DNA of 60,000 bases, from NCBI RefSeq assembly GCF_037042905.1, contig NC_087252.1, positions 17,486,001 to 17,546,000 on the forward strand. The letters run 5' to 3'. Of the stretch, positions 36,712 to 49,951 are shown in pieces (positions within the stretch are counted from its first letter, which is position 1; every line of letters starts with the position of its first letter). The stretch is from Lytechinus pictus (taxonomy: Eukaryota). A program made the translations under genes and the position numbers. The notes under the pieces are model-generated. The model was given only the letters and a program-made list of their open reading frames with translations. It was not told where the DNA came from and searched no databases.

Positions 36712-38719
36712 AGATTTTGCAACAAAAAAACGTGCAAAAATCCGTTGTTTTCGCACTTCAACTCGTTGTCGTTTTTTTAATATTGAGTCAATATCAAAGA
36801 GTGAAGCAGATCTAGAAAATTTAGATTTTCAGCTTTATTATCATATTAATCATATCAAATATGTAGAATTTAAGATACCGTAATTTTAGACTTACATTTT
36901 TCAAGTTTCCCCCAATTTTGTGTGAGAGAGGGCTACAAATCAAGGACATCTTTTGCTCTGGTAACTTCGCGCCAAATCAAGCCAAGTAAGAAAGTGAAAC
37001 ATCATCTGAAAGTTCAGATCACTATGATTACAATGATATCATAGGCGGATCCAGCTTTTGGCGAAAGGGGGGGGGGGCGCACTGCCGAGCGGCGCACATA
37101 TTTTTGCACTTCACCGGCGCCATAAAAGAAAATGTTGAAAAAGGGGTAAAGTCTGACCCTGTCAAATGCTCTTTTTAAAATGTAGGATTTTCAGTCATGC
37201 CATTTTGCATGATCACACGCAGATAATATTTCCGGGGGGGGGGCAAGACTCGAAAATTTGGTGCACATCTCACATTTGCACATTTTTCATAGTCTTCATG
37301 AAATGTTAAGGGAAAAAAAATTGTTTTTCACAACAGCAGATCGCGAATGTGCCCCCCCCCCCTCCTTCCCCCTTGCTGCGTACGACCATTCCCTGAAGTC
37401 CACTTAAACATATCTCATTATAACAGAAATATACATCAATTTAAACATATAATCTTTCTAAAAACATGTATAGAGAGAGATTGAAAAACTTACTAAAGAA
37501 AGAAACAAGCAAAAAGTAACACAAATTATGCATGTTATGTGCGATTTCAAAATCTCGTGTAATAACCCTTTTATTGCGATGAGGCCAATACTGTTGTATA
37601 TTAATAGAGATACAAGTTTTTTTTACTATATGTATATATATATATACACAGGGGCGTCGATCCTTTCTTTAAGATTTGGGGGGCAAATCATGAATCAACT
37701 TTCCAAAGGCGCTCGATATCACACAAAACAAACAAACTCACACAAACACACACATATATATATATATTTATATGACTCATGAGATAGAAACACATATCTC
37801 ACCAACAAATTAATGCGAGCGCGAAGCGCGAGCTGAAATTTTTAGTATACTGACCTGAAAACAGGAAAAAGGTGCCTGTTTAGGACTGTTTGTAGTAACT
37901 CATGAGGAGGATACATATCTCACTACACAGATAATGCGAGTGCCGAGGGCGAGCTGAAATTTCTTTATATTCTGACCAGAAAGCTTGATATTCTATGCAT
38001 TTTTGGTACCAATGATTAAGATGGGTATCTAAAAAAACAATAGATGCGAGCCCGAAGCGCGAACTTAAAATTTTGATATTTCGATTTGAAAAAAAATGAC
38101 AGTTTAATGGAGGTTTGTAATAAAGAACAAGATTATATCCAGCAAAAGATTATTGCAAATCGAAGCGGGAGTTCTTTTGACATTTAGTCCTGAAAAAGGG
38201 ACATTCTATTCACCTATTTAATCATGAAAAGTATGGGGTTTTGCTACAGAAATGATGCGAGCGCGAAGCGCGAGCTGAAAATTTTTATATTCCAATCTGA
38301 GAAGCGGATAATTTAAGCACGATTTTAAATAAAGAACGAGTTGTGTAGCTCAATCTCAATATACGACTGGTTGCGTAATTATACACTCCTGGTACTAGTA
38401 ACGGGTTTTAGCAAAGTTTTGGGCTAAAATATCGAATCATCTTACACAACACTATAGTAGCTGTCTTAAACTAAAGGCCATAGAGGTAGCACAATGTGGA
38501 ATGTGTAAAGAAGAAAAGTGACCGACCTTCTTTTTATTAAAGCATTGGAAAATAAGATCAAAATTAAAGGATTTGCTCTACGCTTTTGTATGATTCTGGG
38601 ATTTTTGAAATAAATTAAAGATTTCATGACATCTGTCATTCTGTGGGCAACTGCCCCGCCCCAGTCCACTCTGTAAGGGCATGCGATAAGCTTTGTTATG
38701 ACCATTCAACAATAAAATG

Positions 38720-39555
38720 TATAACCAGGTGCCACTGATCATTCTTGACCGGCGCCGATCTAGATTTGGTTGGCAATAGGCCCTTCTTCATTATTCTACC
38801 GGCGCCTATTTATTGGAACCAGGGGACGCTGATTATTTTTGACCGGCGCCGATTTAGAACAAGTAGTGCTGATTATTTTTACCGACGTCACGTAAGATTC
38901 AGGCAGCGGCAATTCATATTATTGACTGGCGCCAATTTAGAACCAGGAGGCGCCGATCATTCTTGACTGGCGCCGATTTTTAACCAGGTGGTGCTGATTA
39001 TTCTTGTCCGGCGCCGATTTAGATTTAGGTGGATCTGATTATTCTTGATCGCGGCGCCGGTTAAGACTCAGGCAGCGCCGATTTATAACCAGATGGCGCT
39101 GATTATTCTTGACCAGCCCCGATTTAGATATAGGTGGCGCTGATTATCCTTGATCGGCGCCGGTTACGAACCCAGGCAGCGCCGATTTTTCTTTACCGGC
39201 GCCGATTTATAACGAGATGGCGCCGTTTATTCTTGCCCGGCGCCGATTTAGATTTAGGTGGAGCTGATTATTCTTGATTGGCGCCGGTTAAGACTCTGGC
39301 AGCGCCGATTTATAACCAGATGGCGCTGATTATTCTTGTCCGGCGCCGATTTAGATTTAGGTGGCGCTGATTATCCTTGATCGGCGCCGGTTAAGAACTC
39401 AGGCAGCGTCGATTTTTCTGTACCGGCGCCGATTTATAACCAAATGGCGCTGATTATTATTGTCCGGCGCCGATTTAGATTAAGGTGGCGCTGATTATTC
39501 TTGATTGGCGCCAGTTATATGCAGGCAGCGCACTGCTGATTATTTTTAACCGGCG
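38720..39555 (+). repeat. GC-rich minisatellite, duplicate copy
   Basis: Near-identical to 9885-10720. Confidence 0.9.
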
Positions 39556-40662
39556 AAGTTGTTGGGAAAAGGGTAGTTAAAAGAAAAGATAAGGAAGATG
39601 ATATGATTGTGCTTTGCTGGGGGATAGTCTTTCCTTACTGTTGCTAATATTATATCAGTGTATAATTTTTTCAAGCAACGCCTTTTCTTTCTTTTACTTT
39701 TCTTTTATTTTTTTTGAGCGGCGCCTTCGGCGCCGCTCAAATATTAGGGGGGGGGGGGCGCGCCCCCTGCGCCACCCCCTGGATCCGCCACTGGATATAA
39801 CATCCATTTTGATTAGTTCAAAAAAAGTACCGTCATTTTTTAATCCAATCTCTTTGTTCGTTTCAAAATGTTGACATTTTGCCCGGTCAGAGTAAACCCG
39901 TACCCGTGGTTGCCAAGGACAACCCATGCATAATACGCGTGTTGCAGCTCGGTGATCGAACCTTATGCTGCAGCCCGAGCTTTGGGGAGCTTTGTCGAAT
40001 TTTATTGGTGAGTTGCATTGTTTTTTTTCTGAGGAACTGAATTAAATATTTTACCATCTTAACAGTAGTATACCTTACGAATCACACAGGGAATCATTTT
40101 GAATAATTCAAAAAAGAAATTAAGTTTTATTGAAAATTTTGAAGGCATGCCTAATCGCTCCCTGTGTCAAATTCTACACGAAGACGTTGTGTGTTAGTAC
40201 TAGGATCGTTCCATTTTGTCTACGGTAGATAGTAAGTTGTCTTATAAACCGGCGTAGGCCCTATATGACTGGGTGTGTATGCACGTTCACGTCCAGCCGG
40301 GCTGGGGCCCCGGGCCGGGTACCGAAGCAGAGCGGTGGGTATGGATATACATCCCAACACATGTTTACATAAACACACTTCTCCAGTCATAATAAATAAA
40401 CGAGATGGCGGTTCAGAGCATTGTTACTATCTATATACATACACTGTACATTATTTACAATGTAAAATAACATGCATTTCCGTGCAGCGAACGTAATTGA
40501 GGCGCGCAGTAATTTTCTCTCCGGACTGCGTACTTTTATACCCCTCATATCCGAATGGATCAGTCCGAGCCTTTTTTTTTCTGTGACGTGTCAGACCGCG
40601 CGTCGTGTCCCGAGTCGCGTCAGTAGCATTCGAAGAGGCTCTGCAGACAGGTGTGTCTACAA

Positions 40663-41113
40663 TACCGTGTTTACACTTAATCGGCATTTGAATCGGCTCG
40701 CGGTTCTGAACCGCGAGCCGATTCAGCATCGGCTTTTTCATAGCGTGTAAACGCGAGCAACTTGAATCGGCTCGCGGTTCAGAACCGGCAATTTGCACCA
40801 CCAAAGTAGTAGGTTCTAAACCGTGAGCCGATGCAGAATCGGCTTTTTTACTACGTGTAAACAGAAAGCTGATTCTGCACCGGCAATTTGTGCGCATTTC
40901 AATTACTTTACCATTGTGACGTAATTGTAAGCGCACTGATCCAGCGTTGTCTTTATTATGACGTATATTGTAGGTATGCGTATCATTTCAGGTTTTTGCA
41001 TCGGCTCGCGGTTCTGAACCGCGAGCTGTAACAACGTGTAAACGCAATCCAAATGCCGATTCTGCATCGGCATTTGGTTCAGAACCAATTGCCGATTAAG
41101 TGTAAACACGGTA
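40663..41113. mobile_element. MITE, duplicate of 11754-12204
   Basis: Same TIRs and caa TSD. Confidence 0.85.
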
Positions 41114-41168
41114 CAAATTGTGTAGAGACGTTTTCATATGAAAAAAAAAAAAAACATATGTTATCTCC

Positions 41169-41356
41169 GTGTGTGTGTGTGTGTGTGTATTTGAGTTTTG
41201 TCAGACGTGTATCAATCAGATATGATTATTTACGTCTGTGACCGACCTTTAACGTCACCATCCGAAAGACGTGACCAGGGCTCGAACCTCGAACCTCTGC
41301 ATCAATTTGTAACTTCCCCACAGCTTGGATTCCAGGCGCACGCCACAACGCCCAGT
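41169..41356 (-). mobile_element. Candidate 7SL-headed SINE, duplicate copy
   Basis: Near-identical to 12261-12448. Confidence 0.65.
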
Positions 41357-43531
41357 TTAATTGGTAACATCTAATCCAAGAGAGGGCGCAAGACACGTAT
41401 AAAAATATATTCATCAGTTATCTTGCTAGCTGATATGAGTCTGATGCTGCGAGTGGCTCTGGTCTTCACTCACCATGAACGATCATAAACGATCTGTGAG
41501 TCTTCTCTACAGCCACCGTTAGTAGCTTTTCGCAGTAGACAGATCAGACAATCACACACGTTTATTAGTATTACAGATTTTCTGTTGCCTATACATGACT
41601 AGATTATAAGCGTAGAAAACCTTCCATTTTTGTTACTACCAACAGCAGAACATCTCTCAGCAATGTAAACTGCATTCTTGGCATTTCCTTTCCAGTGATG
41701 ATGCATAGACAAATTAAGACCTGGCTTATCCACATCCTCCAGGAGCGACCAAAAACATTCCAACGTGTCACTACCGGTATGACTACTTTTAATCAAATCC
41801 AGTATTTGCTACGTGCTTCATTTTGTTGATATCGTTGAAATTTTGCCTACTATTTGAAAATTCAGGTTGTTTTGTGAGAATTATTTTGTTTATGTTTCAG
41901 GTGGTCTATCAACTGAAAGTGAATGTTAAATATGTTTGCTTTAATAACTTAGGTTTTCCATGATTAATATTTTACATTAGCTATATCTAAATCACATTTT
42001 GTTGGTTCACATTTGGATAGAATGTGAATCCTGTACATATATTTCCAGACATTTGGGCGATCCCACATGGAGGGATATCGATAGTAGCAGATAATATGTG
42101 GACAGTTGCATCACAAAATGTATTAAATCGCTAATAAATTGTAGTTGAAGTAACTATGGCAGATGATTTGTTTGATCAATAATGAACAAGAAATCAATGT
42201 TTTAATGTTATCATTTTATCAGCGATATGACTCAATAATTAACTGTGTCCACTTACTATAGATCTCCTCATCCACATCGCATGGTTCTTGACGGAGTGAT
42301 CACTGACATTCTACCTGTATATCTTCACTACTGGTATGATAACTTCTTGAAAAATATCGTATATTTCAAGTTCTATAATCTATCGCTATAATTGATTTAA
42401 TACTGTCTGTCATTTCATACATCATCTTTCACTCTTTTTACTTGATTTATTTGGTGGCCTGTTGTTTAACCCTTATCATTCATTTATTTTTTTATTCTCA
42501 AATTTATCGCAGTGATATCGACCATAAAAATCTAATTTAATTTTTTATTACATCTATCAAGACTGCCACGAACATGTCGCGACAAACTTTCCAAGGTCAT
42601 CATGTCATAATGACGTCATCCAGACAACATTTGTGTTTTAATTAATGAGATTGATCATTAAAAAAATCATCAAATGGGGGTACGAGAATTTTTTTTTCAT
42701 TTTCTTATAAGTGTTATACGCACATTTTAGGTTATATGAAGATTAGAGATTTAATGATGTAACACATTTAATTGTTATTAGTCTTTCGTTATAAAGATTA
42801 TACAATATTTAAGATTTTGGAAACCTTGCAATAAAGAAACTTTACATTAAATAACATTTGTTAGAAAAATTGCATGTAATCAAAGAGGGATGAAACATTG
42901 CTTTTCACGTAATAAAATACAAAGTAAATAGATGGTGGAAGATGTCAAGTTAGGACCATCCATTTTGCTGGTCGGTAATGATGCATGCTAAAAAAGTGAA
43001 AATGATTTAAAACTCTTATTCTACTTTGAGTTTTGATGAAATTTCAGCGTTATGCTTGTTATATCTATCTTTATAGACCTCTTTGCTCGAGAATAGTTTT
43101 GAAAGACTAACGTTGAATGTTTGGTGGATGGGTTGTCTATAATGTCTTAAAGCGCCACACAAAAATATTCAAACTTAGCTAGTCAATTCTAGAACATTAT
43201 GTTTGCATTTACCTCAGTCATATCCCAATACTTTTTCAATATTCAAGTCAAATCAAGCAGTTTTTCTTCTTCTTCTTCCTTTATGTCAGGGTGCATTGTG
43301 ACAGATGGCGTCAGTGGAGAGAGCTAGATAAATCACGTTGGTCATGTAAGGTCCTTTGCTGTGATTCAGAGCTGTCTTCGTGGGTAAAAGACATTTGTGT
43401 TTTATACATTCTTTTGCAGTATTATTTATTACACGGTTGACCTGCAAACTGGGGTTGAAAATATTTAAAAATTCTACAGATTTTGTAAATAATTGTAGGT
43501 TTCTCTTACATACATTGTAGTAGCACAAATC

Positions 43532-45403
43532 ATGGCGACACTTGAGCATACTGTTTTGCAAAGTTTAAAGTGTCCCGTTTGTTTTGGTTTGCTGAACGAT
43601 CCAAAACAACTTTCATGTTCACACACATTTTGTCAAAAATGTATTCAAGGTATTCTAGTATGCTCTGTACAGAGGAATACTTTATCATGTCCAATATGTA
43701 GAAACACAACAAATGTCACAGATGGCGATGTTGCAAATCTTAAGACTAATATACCTGTTAAGTCACTTGTTGATGACGTCAGGAATAGTAAACAGCTCTG
43801 TGACGTGTGTGAAGAGCAATTAAGAGCCACACAATTCTGTTGCGAATGTGGTAAGAACATGTGTAACGCGTGTCTGCAAGATCATAACAACTGGAAACCA
43901 CATCTCAAGCATAAAGTAGTGAGCGTTGAAGAAATCAGGAAGGGTAGGGTAGTCTTAAAGAAGAAGGTTTACTGTAAAGAAGAAGTACACACATCAGATG
44001 AATGTGAATGCTCTGATGTCTGCACGACATGTAAGAAGCTCATTTGTATGAGATGTCGCATGCTCTACCACGAGAAAAAAGGCCACGATGTGGAAGATTT
44101 AAGAGAGTACAATTCGTCTTTCAAAAAGAGCTCTGAATTACTTCAGGGTCAAGGAAAGACAAAAGCTACAGCAGTCAAGAATCATATGACGTGTATTGAT
44201 AATCAAATCAAACGTGTCCATGATCACATTGATGCGGAAAATGTGAAGCTTGACATGCTTTGTGAAGAAGCTATCAAGAAAATACAAGAGAGGAATGCTA
44301 CCTTGAAAAAACAACTAGACGATCAGAAAGAAGAAGTCTACAAGAGTTTAAATGATATGAAAATTGATGATGAGAGATTGGTTAAGAGTATTGAGAGTGC
44401 GAGTGAACTGGTGAGTACTAGTTTGGAGGCCCCACTAGAAGGGGATGTTGTAGCAATACGTGATTCATTGTATGGAGAATTGAAAAATGTATTACTTAGG
44501 GAAAATCCAAAGAAGAAGGTTGCTACTGATATAGGTGATCATGCAGAGGAACTGACTTTTACACCGAGCTGCAATCCTGATGCATTATCAATGGGGGAAC
44601 TGAGGATTGTGAATTGCGAGCCCGCGAAATGCAATGTATTACTCTCAAAGAAAGATAGTATGAATGGCATGGTGACTTCAAAGAATGGCATAGTTGCTGT
44701 TGGATCAAGATTTGGAGGAATCGAAATCTACTCTGCTGATGGTCAGCTGCAGAAGACAGTTATCAAATATGTCGAAACAAGTGAGGTAGGATTCCTCTCT
44801 GATGGTCGTTATGTTGTACTTGATACATGCAATAAGATATCACTGTACACATCAGATGAAGAGAAGCAGGATGTAACATTCGATACTATATACGATAGTG
44901 AAGGTGGGCTTGGTGGTCTCGCCGTAGACAGCAATGATCTGATCTATGTTAGCTACAGGAAAGCTAAGAAGATCCAGGTATTCTCACCATCAGGTGGGAA
45001 GGCTATCAGGGAGATACCATGCGATGGGTATGAACCTGCACAAATCACAAGCTATGGTGATTCATTGATCGTTAAGCAGTATGACAACCAGATAGCACGT
45101 ATTGATAAAAAAGGTGATATAATGCATAAATTATGGAAATCGGAAGAACACACCCTACTTGTTGATGTGAGTAAAGACAATACAACCCTGATTGCCTCTG
45201 TAAGACAGGAGGACGGTCTGCTCAATATTGATGAGTATACCGGTAAACTGAAACACATCAGAAGTCTTATATATGATTATAAGATTGAGAAACCGGAGAG
45301 GCAGTGGTATTACCTTAGACAGTTTCAATCAGGAGAGATAGCTTTCTGTACACCAGATAGGCTCTATATATTCAACCAAGTGACTAATAAAGTTACCTCG
45401 TAA
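43532..45403 (+). CDS. TRIM-family E3 ubiquitin ligase paralog (RING, 2 B-boxes, coiled coil, NHL-like), 623 aa
   Basis: Same length and domain motifs as 14650-16521; about 73 amino-acid differences by manual comparison. Confidence 0.95.
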   Translation: MATLEHTVLQSLKCPVCFGLLNDPKQLSCSHTFCQKCIQGILVCSVQRNTLSCPICRNTTNVTDGDVANLKTNIPVKSLVDDVRNSKQLCDVCEEQLRATQFCCECGKNMCNACLQDHNNWKPHLKHKVVSVEEIRKGRVVLKKKVYCKEEVHTSDECECSDVCTTCKKLICMRCRMLYHEKKGHDVEDLREYNSSFKKSSELLQGQGKTKATAVKNHMTCIDNQIKRVHDHIDAENVKLDMLCEEAIKKIQERNATLKKQLDDQKEEVYKSLNDMKIDDERLVKSIESASELVSTSLEAPLEGDVVAIRDSLYGELKNVLLRENPKKKVATDIGDHAEELTFTPSCNPDALSMGELRIVNCEPAKCNVLLSKKDSMNGMVTSKNGIVAVGSRFGGIEIYSADGQLQKTVIKYVETSEVGFLSDGRYVVLDTCNKISLYTSDEEKQDVTFDTIYDSEGGLGGLAVDSNDLIYVSYRKAKKIQVFSPSGGKAIREIPCDGYEPAQITSYGDSLIVKQYDNQIARIDKKGDIMHKLWKSEEHTLLVDVSKDNTTLIASVRQEDGLLNIDEYTGKLKHIRSLIYDYKIEKPERQWYYLRQFQSGEIAFCTPDRLYIFNQVTNKVTS

Positions 45404-45750
45404 GTCAAATCTCTTTTTACTTAACAAATTAATCTTGGTAGTCCATTACTGTCAAGAATCAAGAAATTTTATTCATTCCATTCGACAAAAAAAATCACGT
45501 ATACAATAGAATATTAAAAGACAAAATTACATGATATACAACGAAAAAAAAGTCATCGGTATTACATACAAAGGAAAGTAATACAATTAGATTTGAGACG
45601 CTGCAAAAGTTAAACCAAAAAATAAAATAACTTCAACTGATGAAGATCTCTCCCATCCTGTGCCCAAAATGTATCGCATCTATATAGCATAGTTTCAGGC
45701 ATGTCATGTTAGGGTATACTTAGATTCTATATACTGCTCCAATATTTACC

Positions 45751-48700
45751 GGTTACACTTCGTAATTCCGAAGCTTCGTAATTCCGAAGGTTCTTTATTC
45801 CGAAGGTTCATAATTCCGAAACACGTAAATTGCCTACACCTCGATGTTCGTTAATCCGAAAACGAAAAAGGGTTCGTTAATCCGAACATTTGTGGCGTTA
45901 TTCCGACGGTTCGTTATTCCGAAGGTTCGAAAATCCGAAAACGAAATAAGGTTCGTTGTTCCGAAGGCTCGTTAATCCGAAAACGAAATAAGGTTCGTTT
46001 TTTCCGAAGGTTCGTTAATCCGAAAATGAAATAAGGTTCGTTGTTCCGAAGGTTCGTTAATCCGAAAACAAAATAAGGTTCGTTAATCCGAAAAATGAAA
46101 ACCGGGAAAGCAGAGGCAGAGGCAAATGGGGGGGGGGGGGGGCGGGGGACACTGTTGCCGTTCAATTGTTATGAGGATGGGAAGGCAAGGGCGGCCGAAC
46201 GAATTTTCGTTCGGGGGGTAAAGCCAAAAAATGAAACTCATAGGTCAAAATGGGCACTTTGGTGATATAATCACCTTAAGCCTATCATCTGCTTGAAGTC
46301 ATTGTGTGTTTGATAGTGATTAAGTAGAGAAAAACTTTTTTGAAGTGACTTCTTATTATGGCAAAATGTATATTTAAGCTTTATTTTTCGGGAAAGAGTA
46401 TAATGAGCGAGCGGCTTGGTAAAAAACAAATTAAAGGTGAAGTTGTAAAACTCGTTTAGGGGTCAATTATTCTTAAAATGCCATTATTACGAGGTGTTGC
46501 GAGCGTAAATCACAAGCTAAAACTTAAGGGTATTTCAATAAAAAATGAAAATAAGTTTTTAAAAATCCGAGCAGATTTCTGCTGTCATTAAAAAGATGTG
46601 CATCTAACTAAAGAATTAACACGAGCGCAAAACGCGAGCTTAAACATACTGACCAGAAAAGGAACCTGTTAAAGAAAGCGTTTAGTGACCTCTTTAGGAT
46701 ACATATTTCTGCAATCGAATAATTGAGAGTGCGAAGCGCAAGCTGAAAATTTGCAATATTCCAGCCTGAAAATTTAACTTGTATACTTTAAAAAGAGTAT
46801 TTTATTTCGAAAAACAAACAGCATATTTATTTTTGAAAAAGGAACTTTCCCATTTTGGAAAAATAAGCATTTCCCTGTTTTTGATTTCATTTTTGGGGTG
46901 CAAGTGCCCCCTGCCTCCCTCCCAGCGGATCCAACTTTTGTCAAATAGGGGCGGGCAAATTTTTTTTTCAGCCATATTTTCCTCGATCGGCAGCTTAAAG
47001 TTGATTTTTGTTTGTTTCTTTGAAAGGGTAGTCCTAATAGTCAATAATTAGCTTTATACTTATAAAACAAAGTAAATATGTAATAACATAATAAACCCTT
47101 TTTAAATAATGCGAGCGCGAGCTATATTTTTTTTAATATGATGGACAATATATTTGTGATCTTCAAAACGAGATGCCTATTAGATAATAACTACTAGCAA
47201 GAAGCGAGAACAGAAATTTAAAATATAAGCTCTGACCTGATCTAAAGGGGACATTTTAAGAACTTTTTGCAGTTAGCCATGAAGACGATGCGTGTTTTTA
47301 AACCAATGGCGGCGGAACGTATTTTCCCTTTTTTTTTGGGGGGGGGGGCATAGCCAAAAAAGGGGCCAATAGAGGCATTTTGGTGCAAACGAATATTTTC
47401 GCCATAAGATTATCATCTGTGTAAAGAGGTTGTGTGTTTTGTAGTAATTAAGTTGAGCAAAAATTTTTAAGTGATCTCTGATTGATAAATTATATCTGCG
47501 AGCGTAGCGAGCAAGCGGTTTGGGGAAAAAATCAAATCTGAAGATGGAAAATTCACCTTTTTGGTCAATTACTGTTAAAAAGGCATCCTTGTGAGATGTT
47601 GCGAGCGGATCACGTGCTCAAACTTTTGGAAATTTCATGTAGGCCTAAAATGATAATAATGATAATAATGATATGGCTATCCAGGGAAGCCACTTCAGTT
47701 CTGAAAACTGTTCTCCCAGCTATTATTATCCCGACTTTAGCTGGGCTGCCTAGGCGCCCAAAGGAAGGCATTAACGAATTTCTACCGGGTACCCATTCAC
47801 CTCACCTGGGTTGAGTGCAGCACAGTGTGAATAATTTCTTGCTGAAAGAAATAATGCCATGACTTGGATTCGAACCTACGACCCTCTGCCTTAAAGTCAG
47901 AAGACTTATCCACTGGGCCAAAACGCCCCGCATAAAAAGTAAACGTTCCGATTTTATTTCGTAAACATGAAAAAAGGATGTGAATTTAACTAAAGAATCA
48001 AATGCGAGCGCGAAGCGCGAGCTGAAATTTTTCATATACTGACCAGGAGAGGAACCTTCTGCATTTGGTGACTCATGAATGGGATATGTGCTAGGCCTAC
48101 ATATCTCACCAATCGATTAATGCAAGCGCGAAGCTCAAGCTGAAAATTTGTGATATTCTAACCATGAAACTGGACATTCTAGGAATTTTATTTCACCAGG
48201 ATCAGAATGACTACCTTAATGAGCAATAATTAGTGCGAGCGCAAAACGCGAACCAAAAATGTGTGATATTCCAACCTTTAAAGTGGACATTCTATGCATG
48301 TGTTGTTACCAAGAACTGGACGAATACCTTATACCAAATAAAAAACTGATGAGGAGCGAGCTTCTTTTTTTTTTTTTTTTTTGAAATTTCATGATGGCCC
48401 CCAAAAAATCCCGTCGGAAAAAAGTGACATTTTTCAAAATGGAATACCCTTTTGGGCTCGCGCTTATTAGCACTTGCATCAATTATTTTTTTTTACAAGA
48501 ATGCTTAGAATGTCCAGTTTTCAGGTTAGAAAATCGGAAAAATTTGGCTCACGTTTCTCGCTCGCATCAAGTATTGTTTATTGAGGAACTCATTCTATTC
48601 CTGGTTTTAAAAAAAATGTATAAAATGTCCAGTTTTCAGGTTGGAATATCACATTTACATATCATTATTAAAAATGACATCCCCTCCAATACAAATCCTA

Positions 48701-49301
48701 TTATCTGGAGGTTACTCGCACGCGACCAACAAACTTAATCCCCTGCATGGCTGCATCCTTAAACCATTTGCTAAAGGCAGCAATTGCTCAGATAAACTCG
48801 AAATTAGCCTATGCTTGATCCGGGCGCCTATTCTTAATGAAATACATGCTTTTGGCCACAACACACGCATGTATCATCGATCGTTATTACTATCATTGAA
48901 TAATATCGTGTTATCTTGTAATGACAACACCGTGTTTGGTACCAAAATGAATAATTTTCATTTTCGGAAATACCAACCTTATTTAATTTTCGGATTAACG
49001 AACCTTATTTCGTTTTCGGATTAACGAACCTTCGGAATTACAAACCTTATTTCGTTTTCGGATTAACGAACCTTCGGAATTACGAACCTTATTTCGTTTT
49101 CGGATTGATGAACCTTCGGAATTACGAACCTTATTTCGTTTTCGGATTGACGAACCTTCGGAATTACGAACCTTATTTCGTTTTCGGATTAACGAACCTT
49201 CGGAATTACGAACCTTCGGAATTACGAACCTTCGGAAATACGAACCTTCGGAATAACCGAACCTTCGGAATTACGAAGCTTCGGAATTACGAATGTATGC
49301 G
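45751..49301. mobile_element. Foldback/Mutator-like element with tandem-repeat inverted arms and a 9-bp TSD
   Basis: Arms (~45751-46095 and ~48960-49301) are built from 16-bp TTCGGAATTACGAACC units and a 42-bp higher-order unit in opposite orientations. TSD atatttacc/atatctacc. Empty site at 16924-16932 in copy A1. Confidence 0.88.
47650..47929 (-). mobile_element. tRNA-derived SINE
   Basis: Minus strand GGGGCGTTTTGGCCCAGTGG (A box)...GGTTCGAATCC (B box), then a body with CTCAACCCAGGTG...AATGGGTACCC and a (CATTATTAT)n tail. Confidence 0.85.
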
Positions 49302-49642
49302 ATATCTACCATTCTTAGAATAAAAAAGATTGATGGCTTTATACTAGAATCTCCATTTTCAGTAGAAATTATTTGAACAAAGAGACTGTTTAATGTAGCT
49401 TTTTTTTCCTCCAAAATATCATCATATTTTAATAGAAAGAAATATGTTCAAACATAAGCACATGTATCTGACACCAAATAAATATTTACAAGTGAACACA
49501 GTAGATTACATTGATTATTCGGAAAAGATTCAAACCTACATTTCATAACCAAAGTTTACTTTTTGGATGAAGTATAAATGAATATTCTATGACATAAACG
49601 ACTGTTGTTGACAACGAAACCAGTAATGAGTCTGGTACCCTA

Positions 49643-49951
49643 CACACTAAGAAATAAAGGTTCAAAATTGAACCCCGAAAGGTTGATGCAAAATCAGCAC
49701 CCTATGGGTTCAAAAATTGAACCCCTGATTTGGGGTTCAAAAATTGAACCCTGCGGTTGGGGTTCATTTTTGCACCCTGCGGGTTCAAAACTGCACCCCT
49801 AAATTTTAAATTGAACCCCTAGGGATGCAGTTTTGAACCCGCAGGGTGCAAAAATGAACCCCAACCGCAGGGTTCAATTTTTGAACCCATAGGGTGCTGA
49901 TTTTGCATCAACCTTTCGGGGTCCAATTTTGAACCTTTATTTCTTAGTGTG
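49643..49951. mobile_element. Palindromic MITE, duplicate of 17268-17576
   Basis: Same TIRs and TA TSD. Confidence 0.9.

Noticed and set aside
47855..47929. Possible tRNA gene
   Set aside because: The acceptor stem pairs poorly and the sequence continues into a SINE body and simple-repeat tail.
48960..49301. Regular short repeats resembling a CRISPR array (also 45751-46095 and 9885-10720)
   Set aside because: No unique spacers, no cas genes, eukaryotic context; they are transposon arms or minisatellites.
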